64,000 nucleotides of DNA from Rebecca billardiae RCC1528 (lineage: Eukaryota > Protista > Haptophyta), in NCBI GenBank assembly GCA_965240325.2, contig OZ251223.1, positions 4,487,644-4,551,643 of the forward strand, read 5' to 3'. The number at the start of each line of letters is the position of its first letter. Position 1 is the first letter of the stretch. Below the pieces are notes generated by a model, which was not told where the DNA came from, did not search any database, and worked only from the letters and a program-made list of their open reading frames with translations. Position numbers and translations under genes: made by a program. Positions 34,989 to 45,829 of the stretch are shown piece by piece.

Positions 34989-36245
34989 TCATTGCACGCA
35001 GCCCACCGAGGCGCACGGCGAGGCGCGCGTCGATGCAGTCGTCGCTGCGCACGGCCGCTCGGGCACGACGGCGCGGCAACGGCACGCACAGCGGATGGCC
35101 CACCGGTCTCGGGTCTGCACGGGTGCGGGGCGAGCCGGCACGACGTGGTACGAGCGGCTCGCGTCGGTGTACATGTTGTGCAGCTCGCGCCGGCGCACGC
35201 GCACCTCCTCGTACCGCGGCTCGAGCGGCGGCGGCTGCGCGTCGTCGGACGGCGGCGGCGGCGCGCGCGGCGCGGGCGGCCGCTCGGCGAGCAGATGGAT
35301 GTGCGGCAACGCGTCGAGGTCGGCGAGGCCCGCGGGGGTTATGACGAGCCAGTGCGAGTCGGGCAGGTCGGCGAGCGGCACGCTGCGCGTGTACGCGATC
35401 GTCGGGTCGCGAATGCCGCACGCGCCGCACACGTGCATCGTGACCGCGCCGTCCGCGCGCGCGAACGCCCCCGTGACGCGCGCCACGTCCGCGTCGGTGA
35501 GCTCGGCGCACGCGCGAATGTCCGCCTTGACCTCCACGACCGTGGCGGCGTGATCCGGCGCGTCGGGCGGGCGCGCGGCGAGGCGCATGCTGTTCGCCAC
35601 GCGGAAGCCGCCCGTCGACGCGTGGTAGTCGTGCAGCAGCTGCAGCTCTGGCCGGCGCGTGGGGTTGCCCGCGCGTCGTGCGCGTTGCTGCCGCCGCGCG
35701 CCGTGTTGGCGCGCGACCGCGTCGGTCGCGGCGGGGTCGCGCGCCACGCGCGGGGCGGCTCGTTGCGCGCGGCGTGTGTCGCGACGCTCCGCGTTGCGCG
35801 CCTCGTCCACGTCGTTCAGCGTGCTCGCCAGCCGCGCGCGCAGCTGCGCGAGGCACGCGTCGAGCGCCGCCGGCGTCTCGCAGCTTGGGTGCGAGGCTGC
35901 GGGCGCGCGCGCGCCCGAACGCGTGGCGTCGTGCGGCTGCACGGCGAGACGCGCCAGCTCGACAAACGGCTCGTCGCGCAGTTCGGACGCGCGCAGCCCG
36001 GCGACGCGCTCGTCCCAGCGCGCGACGTGTTTGGACAGCGCGTCCGAAATGCGCGCGCCGCCCGCGTCGCCCACGCCGCGGTACCGGCGGATGAGAATGG
36101 CCAGGGCTGCACGCACGTTGGCGAACTGCGCGCACGCCGCCGCGCTCCGCTTCCTCATCTGCACGACACACGCCGCGTACAGCACGAACAAATCGATCTC
36201 GTGCACGACATCGCCAGCCGACGCGGCCATGTCGAGCACGGTCAA
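34989..36245 (-). pseudogene. probable truncated N-terminal part of a Helitron/Helentron Rep-helicase protein
   Basis: HVCGACGIRDP...LHNMYTDASRSYHVVP resembles, from recall, the Cys-rich region that precedes DUF6570/Rep in such elements. No HUH or helicase motifs follow. Lies in a repeat-rich desert. Confidence 0.4.
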
Positions 36246-36671
36246 GACAACCCCTCGGCGCTTCTCGAGGCGGGAGTTTGGGGAAGGGCGTAAGGCGGTA
36301 CCGGGTAAGGGGGTACCGGTAAGATCGCCACCAGATTTGTGGGAATCGCAACGACATCCCTATAGCGCGCGCTCAAAAAGGTAACGACATGCGTTCTCGA
36401 TTCCCGAGGCGTGCCTAATAAAAAAACGTTTGAGGCCCCATTGTTCGTATTCCTACTCCGGTATTACTTTGGACAGCAGTAGGTGACACCCAATTAAAGG
36501 GGGTCGGAGCTGGGTCTCCCAGGGCTTTGTCACGAATTAAAATTGTTTAAAGCTGTGTTCACCAGAATAGAATATGAGCAGCTCAAGGCCGCGCTCAAGC
36601 CATTCGATCGCGGTTCAGGCTATGCTCTGCCACCAGCGCCGACTTCGTGTCGACGATCGGGCACTGCCGAC

Positions 36672-37900
36672 GACGAATCAGGAGACCTGCGCCGTCCTAC
36701 CTGTGTCGTTAAATCATAGAATGAGTCAAGGGTGCCCGCGCCCCAGTGGCGCGCTCGGCGGATGTTGGGATACACCTTTTTGCCCGGCGCCCTGCGGCGG
36801 CGGCGGCGATGGCGTGCTCCGCTGGCGGGGCGAGCGCACGGGGCACGGCGCTGCGGGCGCGGATGTGCCCGCGAAGCCGGCGCGTGCGGACGGGCTGTTG
36901 CGGGAGAGTATCGGGCGCCCTCCTGCGACGCGCGACTTGCGCCACGCCTCTTTCGCCTCGGCTCAGAGCAGCGCGCACGCACGCGCCGCCTCAAGGCCAG
37001 CCTTGCCGCGCCGCAGCCGACCGCGCGCGCGCCGTGCGCGGCGTGGTCGGGAAGGAACGGGCGCTGCTGCCGGGCGAGATGGCGACGTCATGGGCGCACG
37101 CCATGCCGCCCCGCGGCGCCGCGAAAGAGCACGAGAACGGATCCGCACAGCTGTTGACGAGTGCTGATCTCTTGCCGTGCCTGAAGCCAGACCTGAGCTC
37201 GAAGAAGATGATGAAAGAGCATCAGCGCGAGGAAAGCGTCGCACCCAGCACTTCTACATGACCACGCGGTGATGAACATTCATGTAAGAGTAGCCCGCGT
37301 GCCCGTCTGGCACTGTTCTGTGTCTCAATGATCGTCCCGACAACGGTCACGACCGCGAGGCAGTGCACACCATTTGTGACAAGTCGAAAAGGCGTGCAAA
37401 CGGACCGACGACACTCTCGTCAAGGCGTGGCGGGGCGGCATGGCGTGCGCCTATGACGTCGCCATCTCGCCCGGCAGCAGCGCCCGTTCCTTCCCGACCA
37501 CGCCGCGCACGGCGCGCGCGCGGTCGGCTGCGGCGCGGCAAGGCTGGCCTTGAGGCGGCGCGTGCGTGCGCGCTGCTCTGAGCCGAGGCGAAAGAGGCGT
37601 GGCGCAAGTCGCGCGGCGCAGGAGGGCGCCAGATGCTCTCCCGCAACAGCCCGTCCGCACGCGCCGGCTTCGCGGGCACATCCGCGCCCGCAGCGCCGTG
37701 CCCCGTGCGCTCGCCCCGCCAGCGGAGCACGCCATCGCCGCCGCCGCCGCAGGGCCGCGGGCAAAAAGGTGTATCCCAACATCCGCCGAGCGCGCCACTG
37801 GGGCGCGGGCACCCTTGACTCATATCTCCCTTGCCCGATGTCTGGACCAATTCTATGATTTAAAGACACAGGCACGAGGGCGCAGCTCTCCTGATTCGTC
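36672..37900. repeat. long inverted (fold-back) repeat: arms 36672-37114 and 37430-37900, ~315-bp spacer
   Basis: The ORF track gives near-identical peptides on opposite strands (MSQGCPRPSGALGGCWDTPFCP...). The right arm has an extra ~28 bp near 37823-37850. Confidence 0.9.
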
Positions 37901-38191
37901 TGTACCATAGTGGTACTGGTCGAAGCTTGCAGCAGTTGCAGTGGTGTGAGCGCGTTGATGTTGGTCCCCATGGCGGATGTCGTTGTTGTCGTCGTCCGGA
38001 CGTCGTCAGGCCCACCAGGAAGTGCATGGGTACGAAATCAAAGGCGAGTGAGCATGTTGGCGTCGGCCAGGCCGTCCCCTACTTGGTCAGCAGCTGGTGC
38101 GGATGATGTCGTCGCCTACTTGGTCAGTGGCAGGTCATGGTGGACGATGGTGTAGCCTGTTCTTGGTCAGCAGCTGGTGGATGATGTTGTG

Positions 38192-38465
38192 GCCGAAGTT
38201 AGTAGTAGTTGGACTTGCCTGAGTTAGTAGTAGTTGGACTCGCCGAAGTTAGTGGTAGTTGGACTCTCCGAAGTTAGTAGTAGTTATTGGACTCGCCGAA
38301 GTTAATAGTAGTTGGACTCGCCGAGGTTAGTAGTAGTTGTTGGACTCGCCGAGGTTAGTAGAGTTGGACTCGCCGCAGTTAGTAGTAGTTGGACTCGCCT
38401 GAGTTAGTAGTAGTTGGGCTCGCCGAAGTTAGTAGTAGTTGGACTCGCCGAAGTTAGTAGTAGTT
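38192..38465. repeat. ~25-bp minisatellite (AGTTAGTAGTAGTTGGACTCGCCGA)n, left part
   Basis: About 11 imperfect tandem copies with no spacers. Confidence 0.9.
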
Positions 38466-39308
38466 GACCTGTTGCACGGGTGAGTGACCGTAGGGCGGTG
38501 AAAATGAAAAATACGGTTTTGCAACTAGCGCTGGGCGATGGCGGCCGGGCGCGACGAACCGAGCGGATTGGTGCACGGGGAATCCAATTCCCCGTGCACC
38601 AATCCAATCCGTTCGTCGCCAGGTGGTGCCGTTGCCGAGATCGAGCTGCAAAACCCTCAGCAGGTGGTCAAGAGAAGCCAAACGGGGAGGGCTGTCACAA
38701 CGCGCGCGCCGCGGTGGGAAGAGAGAAGGACTTGCCTCCCAACTGCAGCTTTGGCAGCGTTCCCTCTTGCGGCAGTGGAAGCCGACGACGAGGAGGATGA
38801 CGACGCAACTGCTGACGACTGCTGCGAAGCAGCAGCGGTGACACTCTGCGGTGCACAGCTGCCACCGCGCGCGCCGCGCGACCGCGGACTCGGGTCGGAT
38901 GGCGACAGCAGCACCGAGCAGTCCTCATGAAGACGATGAAGCTGCGTGCACGGGTTCGCGAGGTGGCAGGCGAAGCGCGCCGACGACACAGCACTTGACA
39001 CGCCTGAGCGCACGCCCATGCTCGCTGAGCGCGAGCGCTGCAAGTGCAACTACAGTGCGCGCCGCGCTGCAAGTGGATGCAGGCTGTACTGCGGCGCTGC
39101 GTCCGCGGTCATCGTCTCTTCACTACTTGTCGACTGCTGCTGCGGCGGGCCGGGGGCACTACCCGGCACGCGCGGCGTAGCGCGCTAAACGGAAGGTGAT
39201 GGTAGACGCACTGTCACGCTCCCGCCGCCGCCGCCGCCGCCGGCAAGACTATCGGCACTCTAGGCCGCAGAAGTGTCGTTTTTTCGGCGCTCACGCTTGC
39301 AACGGGTC
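38466..39308. mobile_element. 843-bp non-autonomous TIR element with 4-bp TSD (AGTT) inserted in the minisatellite
   Basis: Left end GACCTGTTGCACGGGTGAGTG; reverse complement of right end GACCCGTTGCAAGCGTGAGCG. AGTT is duplicated at 38462-38465 and 39309-39312, and the satellite phase resumes afterwards. Confidence 0.85.
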
Positions 39309-39476
39309 AGTTGGACTCTCCGAAGTTAGTAGTAGTTATTTAGGACTCGCCGAAGTTAATAGTAGTTGGACTCGCCGAGGTTAGTAGTAGTTGGACTCGC
39401 CGAGGTTAGTAGTAGTTGGACTCGCCGAAGTTAGTAGTAGTTGGACTCGCCGAAGTTAGTAGTAGTTGGTCTCGCC
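39309..39476. repeat. ~25-bp minisatellite, right part
   Basis: About 6-7 further copies of the same unit. Confidence 0.9.
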
Positions 39477-39651
39477 GTCGGGGACTGGTTCCGGTACTTG
39501 TGGGGGATGGCCGCGTCTCTGCTGGGCCTGGTGGTGTTGAGCTCGTCCTCCTCCTCCCCCCCCCCCCCCCCCCCCGGCGCTTGGGCAGTTCCCCCACCCT
39601 CCCCAGCAGGGGCCTCTGGCCAGCCTGAGTTCTGCCTGCGGGCCAGTGGCC

Positions 39652-40392
39652 TCAGTGGGCCTGACCTGGCAGTGCCCTTGGGACTGTGGTCCTGTAATGG
39701 CCTCTCCAGTGAGAGATGACCCTGGTCTGTCCGAGTGCGCCCGCTGCCAGCCTGGTGGCCACTTGGGGCCAGGGTAGCACCTCAATGTGCAGCGGGTCAT
39801 GCCGGTTGTACTGGGGGGAGCCTGGGCTGTGGAAGACCTGGACCATACGAAGAGGGGCGCCGGTGTGAGGGTCTCTGGTGACCAGGACGACTGTGGTGTT
39901 CGCCCCTGCTGCCACACAGGGGAGGAGTGCATCTGCCAACGGGGTGCCAGCCTCTCGAACCGTGCCCAGGGTGGCAGCCGCTGCTGCTGCCCTCTGTGCG
40001 CTCCCGTCGGGCTCGAGGTGGGCCGGCTGGGGGGCCACTGCGGCCGCCAGGACCCCCTGGTGCTGCGCGCTCAGGGACAGGGCGTGCTGTACGGTGGCTT
40101 GCCTCAGTGCCTGGGCGCTCCTGGTTGCCCCTGCTGGGTCTTCACGGGCCCCTGCTCGGGTGACGCCCAGTACCGCAAGGAACCCGCAGTTGGCACCAGT
40201 GCCATCGACGTCAGCATCCTGCAGTTCAGCTGCTGCAAAGTAGGCATTGAGGGCCTGTTGGCCAGGTTCCTGCTGGGCCAGTGGTTGGTTGTAAGCCCCT
40301 TGGTTTTTTTTTTTCCCCTTTATAACGGGCTCCGGGTGATCAGGCTGGCGGCCGAAGCCTCCAGCCCTACCCTGGCCACTTGGCCAGCCCCG
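39652..40392 (-). pseudogene. OTU-like cysteine protease domain in an ATG-less open frame, probably TE-borne
   Basis: Manual translation upstream of ORF 39652..40038 gives DVDGTGANCGFLAV (Cys codon 40188-40186), ALRQATVQH, GTPLADALL, and RVISHWRGHYRTTV (His codon 39699-39697). Confidence 0.65.
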
Positions 40393-41489
40393 TCATCACC
40401 TCAGTTTCGAACATGTCCTGCAGTACGCTTATTGAACGTGGTCATATTCATCATCCGGGTTTAGAGCGCCGCGCCGTTCAGGTGGATACGTACGGGCTAC
40501 CTGGACACGGGCGGGGCTATCTGGACACTCAGCGGGCGGCGGCCTCGTGGCGAGGGCTCGTGGGCGAACGAGCACGTGCGCCCACTGGCGGGTCGCCACG
40601 ACGGCGCACAAGCGGTTCGCTGAACTCACCTGGTCGTGGGACGTCGTCTGGCACGTGACACGTCTGCGCACGCGCCAGGTCCGCGCGGCGCGCCCAGCGG
40701 CGGCCTCTCTGACTCTCACTCTGTAAGCCGCCCGCGCTTCGCCCTTGTTTCGTGACGAACACAGTTATGAGTTACTAGCTCGGCGCAATTAACGCATTGT
40801 CTCACTCATCATCATGCCGCCAATGTGAATGCCGGCGCGGACTCAGTCGGAAGGGCGGACTCCGAGGCAAGGCACCGGTTGCGCTGGCGTGGCGGTAGGT
40901 ACTAGCCACTAGGTAGGTCCCACGCGGAGCTGAACCGTCCGCGTGCTGTCTCACTGGCCAGAGTCTCACGGTCCGTGTCCGGGGCACGGGACTCTCCGAC
41001 GGCCGCTGCGACACGCGTTTCGGTTTTCCTCGGCGTGCGCGTGTCTCTGAGCTCGATAGTCCCATGCCTCAGCCAGTGCTAGGGGCTAATAGAGTCGGAC
41101 AGTGCCCGTGCATTGCGTCCGCCACGGCCCGCACGCGCGGAGAGTGGAGACGGGCCCACAGGGCAGAAAGCGCGCTGCGGCGGAACTCCAGGGAGCCCCT
41201 GAAGTCCATCCCTGGCGCCCCTTCGACCCCAATGCTCCCAAAGAGGCCTCCGCGTGAGTTGGGCCGGCCACTGTCCAGTTCACCCGTATCCACCTGTATA
41301 GTCCGGAGAGGAAATCCGGGCACGTCATCTGGCCAGACCTGCCGCCCATCGCCATCGGACTCCGCCTCCAAGCCCGTGTCACACGCACAGCGCCTCGCGG
41401 CCTGCATCCCGCGCGCGAGCCCCGCGCGCGGCGCGCGGCGCGCGGGGCCGCCCTCCGACGCCGCGGCCGCGCGGCGCCGCGCGCGCGCC

Positions 41490-42959
41490 TCACGCGCTCG
41501 CGCGGACGAGCTCGCGCGCGAGCGCGAGCGCGGCCGCGGGCACGCACTGCGCGGCGCTCGCGCCGCCGCCGGTCGCGAGGCAGGCGGAGGGCGGCGCGCG
41601 CTCGGCCGCGTCGGCGGCTTCGGCCGAGGCGTCCTTGGGCGGCATGTCCGGCGTGATGCCGCGCCCGTTGATGTCGTTCCCCTTGGGCGTGGCGTACCTC
41701 GCTGTGGTGAAGGCGACGCCGCCGCCGCCGCTCTGCTCGAGCTTGGCGAGCGTCTGCACCACGCCCTTGCCGTACGTGCGCTCGCCCACCAGCGCCGCGC
41801 GCCCGTTCTCGCGCAGCGCGGCGGAGAGGACCTCCGCGGCGGAGGCGGTGTCGCGGTTGACGAGCACGACCGCGGGCGTGCGCACGTCCAGCGCGCCGCC
41901 GTTCTCCGCGTCGAACGCGCGCGCCAGCCCCGACTTGTCGCGCGTGCTCACGATGCGCGCGCCGTCGGGCAGCAGCAGCCGCGCCACGTCCATGCCGCCG
42001 AGCAGGGAGCCGCCGCCGTTGGCGCGCAGGTCGAGGACGAGGGCGGAGGCGGCGGCGCCGTCCTTCTTCAGCGCGGCGGCCACCTGCGCCGGCGTCTCCG
42101 ACGAGAAGGAGCGGATCTCCACCACCAGCGCGCGCGCGCCGCCGTCGAGCGTGGCCGTGCTCGAGCGCACGCTCTGCAGCTTCACGGCCGCGCGCTCGAG
42201 CTCAGCGTTGCCGCCGCCGCCGCCGCCCGACGGCCCGCCGTCGCGCTCGGTGGTGAGCACGACGCGCGACTTGGGTGGGCCGCGGATGCGCGAGGCGATC
42301 TCGTCCGACGTGAGCCCCGCCTCGAGCGGCTGCTGGTCCACGCGCACGATCAGGTCGCCCGGCCGCAGCCCACCCTTCTCGGCGGGCGAGCCCTCGGCCA
42401 CGCGCGTCACGCGCACGCCCACGCCGCCGCCCGCCGCGGGCTGCGGGAGCGGCGAGAGCTCGATGCCCACGCCGACCACGCCGCCGCGCGCGACGGACTC
42501 GATCGACTCGAACTGCGCGGGCGTGAGGAAGCGCGTGTACTTGTCGCCCAGCGGCGCGAGCATCGAGCGGATCGCCTCGTGCGCGTCCTCGTCCGAGGCC
42601 AGTTTGGCCTTCACGCGCTCCTGCCGCAGGGCGAACCAGTCGGCGCCGTTGAACGTGCGGTCGGCGAAGCCGCGGTCGACCACGCGCCACGCCTCCGCGA
42701 CCAGCGCGTTGGGCGGCGGGAGCAGCGCGCCCGCCGGCGCCGCGCCGCCGCCGGCGCCGCCGAGCGCGAGCGCGATGGCGGCCGCCGCGCCGAGCGCCGC
42801 GCCGAGCGGCGGCGGCGCCGCGCGCCCCGTGCGCGCGCGCGAGGCGGGCGCGGTGGCGGCGGCGGGCGGGCGCGCCGGCACGCGCGCGCCGCCGTGCGCG
42901 CCGCAGGGCGAGAGCGCGAGCGCGAGCGCGCCGAGCAGCAGCGCGGCGCGCCTCATCAT
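41490..42959 (-). CDS. ctpA: C-terminal processing peptidase (S41A, CtpA-like), plastid-targeted
   Basis: LGDKYTRFL, PDZ (GVGIEL, GSPAEKGGLRPGD), DLRANGGG, TASAAEV (catalytic Ser), GERTYGKG (Lys). Signal peptide plus a second hydrophobic, lumen-type segment. Confidence 0.9.
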   Translation of the reverse strand: MMRRAALLLGALALALSPCGAHGGARVPARPPAAATAPASRARTGRAAPPPLGAALGAAAAIALALGGAGGGAAPAGALLPPPNALVAEAWRVVDRGFADRTFNGADWFALRQERVKAKLASDEDAHEAIRSMLAPLGDKYTRFLTPAQFESIESVARGGVVGVGIELSPLPQPAAGGGVGVRVTRVAEGSPAEKGGLRPGDLIVRVDQQPLEAGLTSDEIASRIRGPPKSRVVLTTERDGGPSGGGGGGNAELERAAVKLQSVRSSTATLDGGARALVVEIRSFSSETPAQVAAALKKDGAAASALVLDLRANGGGSLLGGMDVARLLLPDGARIVSTRDKSGLARAFDAENGGALDVRTPAVVLVNRDTASAAEVLSAALRENGRAALVGERTYGKGVVQTLAKLEQSGGGGVAFTTARYATPKGNDINGRGITPDMPPKDASAEAADAAERAPPSACLATGGGASAAQCVPAAALALARELVRASA

Positions 42960-43296
42960 CGGCGGCGCGGGCGTCATCACAAGCGACGATGAGTCGATGA
43001 CTACCGTGATTTCGCGCGTCAATTACTGTGATTTTACTGCTGATTCGATTTTCGACTTTTAAATTACGACGACGACCGACGCGCGAAAACACGCATACTG
43101 TATCAGTTATCACACGCTGCACGTTCGTCAGTCTCCGCGAGGAGCCGCGTTCCCTTAGGTCTAGGAGGTGCGCGCGCTAACGCGAGAGCCGAGCGGGTGC
43201 CGACGGCGGCAGCCACGCGCCGGACCGCGCGCGCGCGCGCTCGGGCCATCAGTGCGGCTCGGTGTTGAATCGGCGCACGCATCCTCTCGTGACTCG

Positions 43297-44126
43297 TCAG
43301 TCGGGCCTGACCTTTGCGCTGAGCGTCGTCTTGGCGAGCACCTTGCCCTTCATCGCGCCCAGCACCTCCTCGCGCGTGGCGCCCGGCGGCAGCGTCAGCC
43401 GCTCGTTCAGCGCGTACAGCTTGAAGCTGAGCGCGCCCTCCTTGACCGGCCCCTGTGCACGCCGGCCGCGCGACGGGCGGCGCGCCGTGAGCCGGGCGCG
43501 CGCGGCTCTGTCCGCCTCGCCCTGGCGCGCGCTCCGCGCGCGCGCACCTGCCACTGCGTGCCGCCCGCCGAGTGCGTGCCCTCCTTGGCGCGCATGCTCG
43601 CCTCGAAGGAGGCGTCGACGACGCCCGAGATCATCGATCGCATCTGCGCGATCTCCGGGTCCTCGTACCCCGTCATGCCCATCATCCCCTCCATCGGGTC
43701 GACGACGATCGGCTCCTGCCCCGCCTCGTCCTTCATGCCCAGCCGGCCCACGTCGGACGTGCCGCCGCCCGAGAGCTCCTCGCGCAGCTCGGTGACGCTG
43801 GAGGGGATGTCGTACACGATCCAGTGCGTCTGCCGCCCCGCCGAGCCGCCGCCCTCCTCCCCCGCGTGGTCGACGATCAGCACGAAGCTCTCGGTCGCGT
43901 TGGGCGCGCCCTCCCACGTGAGGTGCGGCGACACGTTGTCCTCGTGCCCCAGGTGGTCGACCGGGATGGGCGAGCCGTTGGCGAACGCGGCGGACTTGAG
44001 CGCGAACGGCTTCTTGCCCTTCTCCGGCTCCTTCGCGAGCGAGGGCGCCGACAGCCCCGCCGCCGCCGCCAGCAGCACGAGCGCGGTCGGCCAACGCGCG
44101 CGCGGTCGAGACATCGTCGTCGCCAT
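43297..44126 (-). CDS. PEBP/YbhB-YbcL family protein with signal peptide; intron 43453-43547
   Basis: LKSAAFANGSPIP, NVSPHLTWEGAP, SFVLIVD, HWIVYDIP, WQ|GP, FKLYAL. Confidence 0.85.
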
Positions 44127-44393
44127 GCGCCCAGGACCGGCCCGGACGTTAAATCCGGGAGGCCGGAGGCGGGCGGCGGGCGGGGGCGGGGATCCGGCTT
44201 TGCGCTCGCATGGCCATGCGTCGGCGGCGGACTGATCGAGTGATCGGCGTGATCGGCACTGCCCGTGGAGTGGGCGGCCCCGTGCCACGGCGAGACGGCC
44301 TGCCACCCTGTACAATCTGCGGTCGCGGGCCACGCTCAGCGCAGTGCGCGACACGCCAGTGACAGTCAGTGCGTCAGTGTGCGTCAGTGTGCG

Positions 44394-45793
44394 TCAGTGT
44401 GCGTCAGACTCGGAGTCTGACGCGAGGTCTACCGAGTGCGAGTCGTCGTCGTCGTCGTCGTCGTCGTCGCCTCCCTCCTCCTCGCTCTCCTCGCCCTCGC
44501 TGTCCTCCTCCTCCTCGCCCTCCTCCTCCTCCTCCTCCCCCTCGCCCTCCGCCTCGTCCACCGCGACATCGGCACTGCTGTCGTCCTCGCCCGCGCACGC
44601 GCCGCGCCCGCGCGAGTCCGACGCGGCGCCGGAGCGCGCGTCCGCTCCGCCGGCAGAGTCTGTGCCGCCGCTGCCGGTGCCGTGCTGCCGCGCACTCGGC
44701 TGGCGCGCGCTCGGCTCGTGCTTGTACCGCTGCGCAAAGCGCTCGCGCAGCTGCGCCTCGCGCGCGCGCTCGCCCTGCGCGCGCCGAGCGCGTGGGGCGC
44801 GCGCGTGGCCGGGCGGCGCGTGAGTGCCGCCCCGCGTGCGCGCTGCGCGTGTGCCCCGTGCGTGCGTGTGCTCACCTCGCACAGGTCGCAGTACCACGGC
44901 TGGGCGGCGCTGGGCGGCAGCTCGAGCCCGGCGCACTGCGCGTGGAACGCGGCGGTGCAGCCTGGCGCGCGCAGCGCCGAGGGGCGGGGCGCGCGCGCGG
45001 GGCGGCGGGTCACGCCTCGGCCCGGCGCGCGCGGTGTGTGCGTGCGCGCGCGGTGTGTGCGTGCGCGCGCGCACCGTCGCAGCACAGCAGCAGCCCGCCG
45101 TCCGCACACGCCGCGCACACGCTGTCGTGCTCCAGCTCATGCGAGGGCGCGCGCCCGGCCGTGCCGTCGGCGGCGCGGCGCACGCGCCCGCCCTCCGCCG
45201 CGCGGCGCACGAGCAGCGCGCCCGCGCGCGCCTCCACGGCCGCGCCGAGCTGCGCGCCCAGCCTCGTCTCGAGCGAGAGCGCGCGCCCACCGCCCGGCGC
45301 AAGCCCGAGCCCAAGCCGAGCGGCCCACGCGCCCGCGCACGCCGCGCCCCCGTCCGCGCCGCCCTCCGCGCACCCCTCCGCGCACGCGCGCTCGCACGCG
45401 CGCGGCGGCAGCAGCGGCGCGATGCGCGCGTGCAGCGCGCCGACGGACGCGCGGTTCGCCGCGCTCTGCGCGCGCAGCTCGGCGCCGAGCAGCGCGATCT
45501 CGTCGTCGAGTGCGCGCGTGCCCACGTGCGCCATCCAGTGGCGCAGCTGGCGCTCAGCCACGGGCAGCTGCTGCACGCCCTTGTCACGGTCGTGCACGGA
45601 CGTCACGTCGCCGCCCTCGCCGCCCGCCTCGTACGCGGCGAGGGGCCACCACGCCTTGGCGTGCGCGGGGGGCGTGCGCGCGGGCGGGCCCTCCACTGCC
45701 CACGCGAGCAGCTCGCCGCGCGCCGCCTCGTCCGCGCGCAGCACGCGCGCACGCGGCGACGCGGCGGCGCGCGCGCGCTTGCCGCGCGGCGTC

Positions 45794-45829
<36 letters not shown>

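Noticed and set aside
38192-39476. CRISPR-like array
   Set aside because: The units are contiguous 25-mers with no unique spacers, there are no cas genes, and the context is eukaryotic. It is a minisatellite.
40478-41297. CAGGTGGATACG 12-bp inverted match as element ends
   Set aside because: Short isolated match with no TSD or extended homology.
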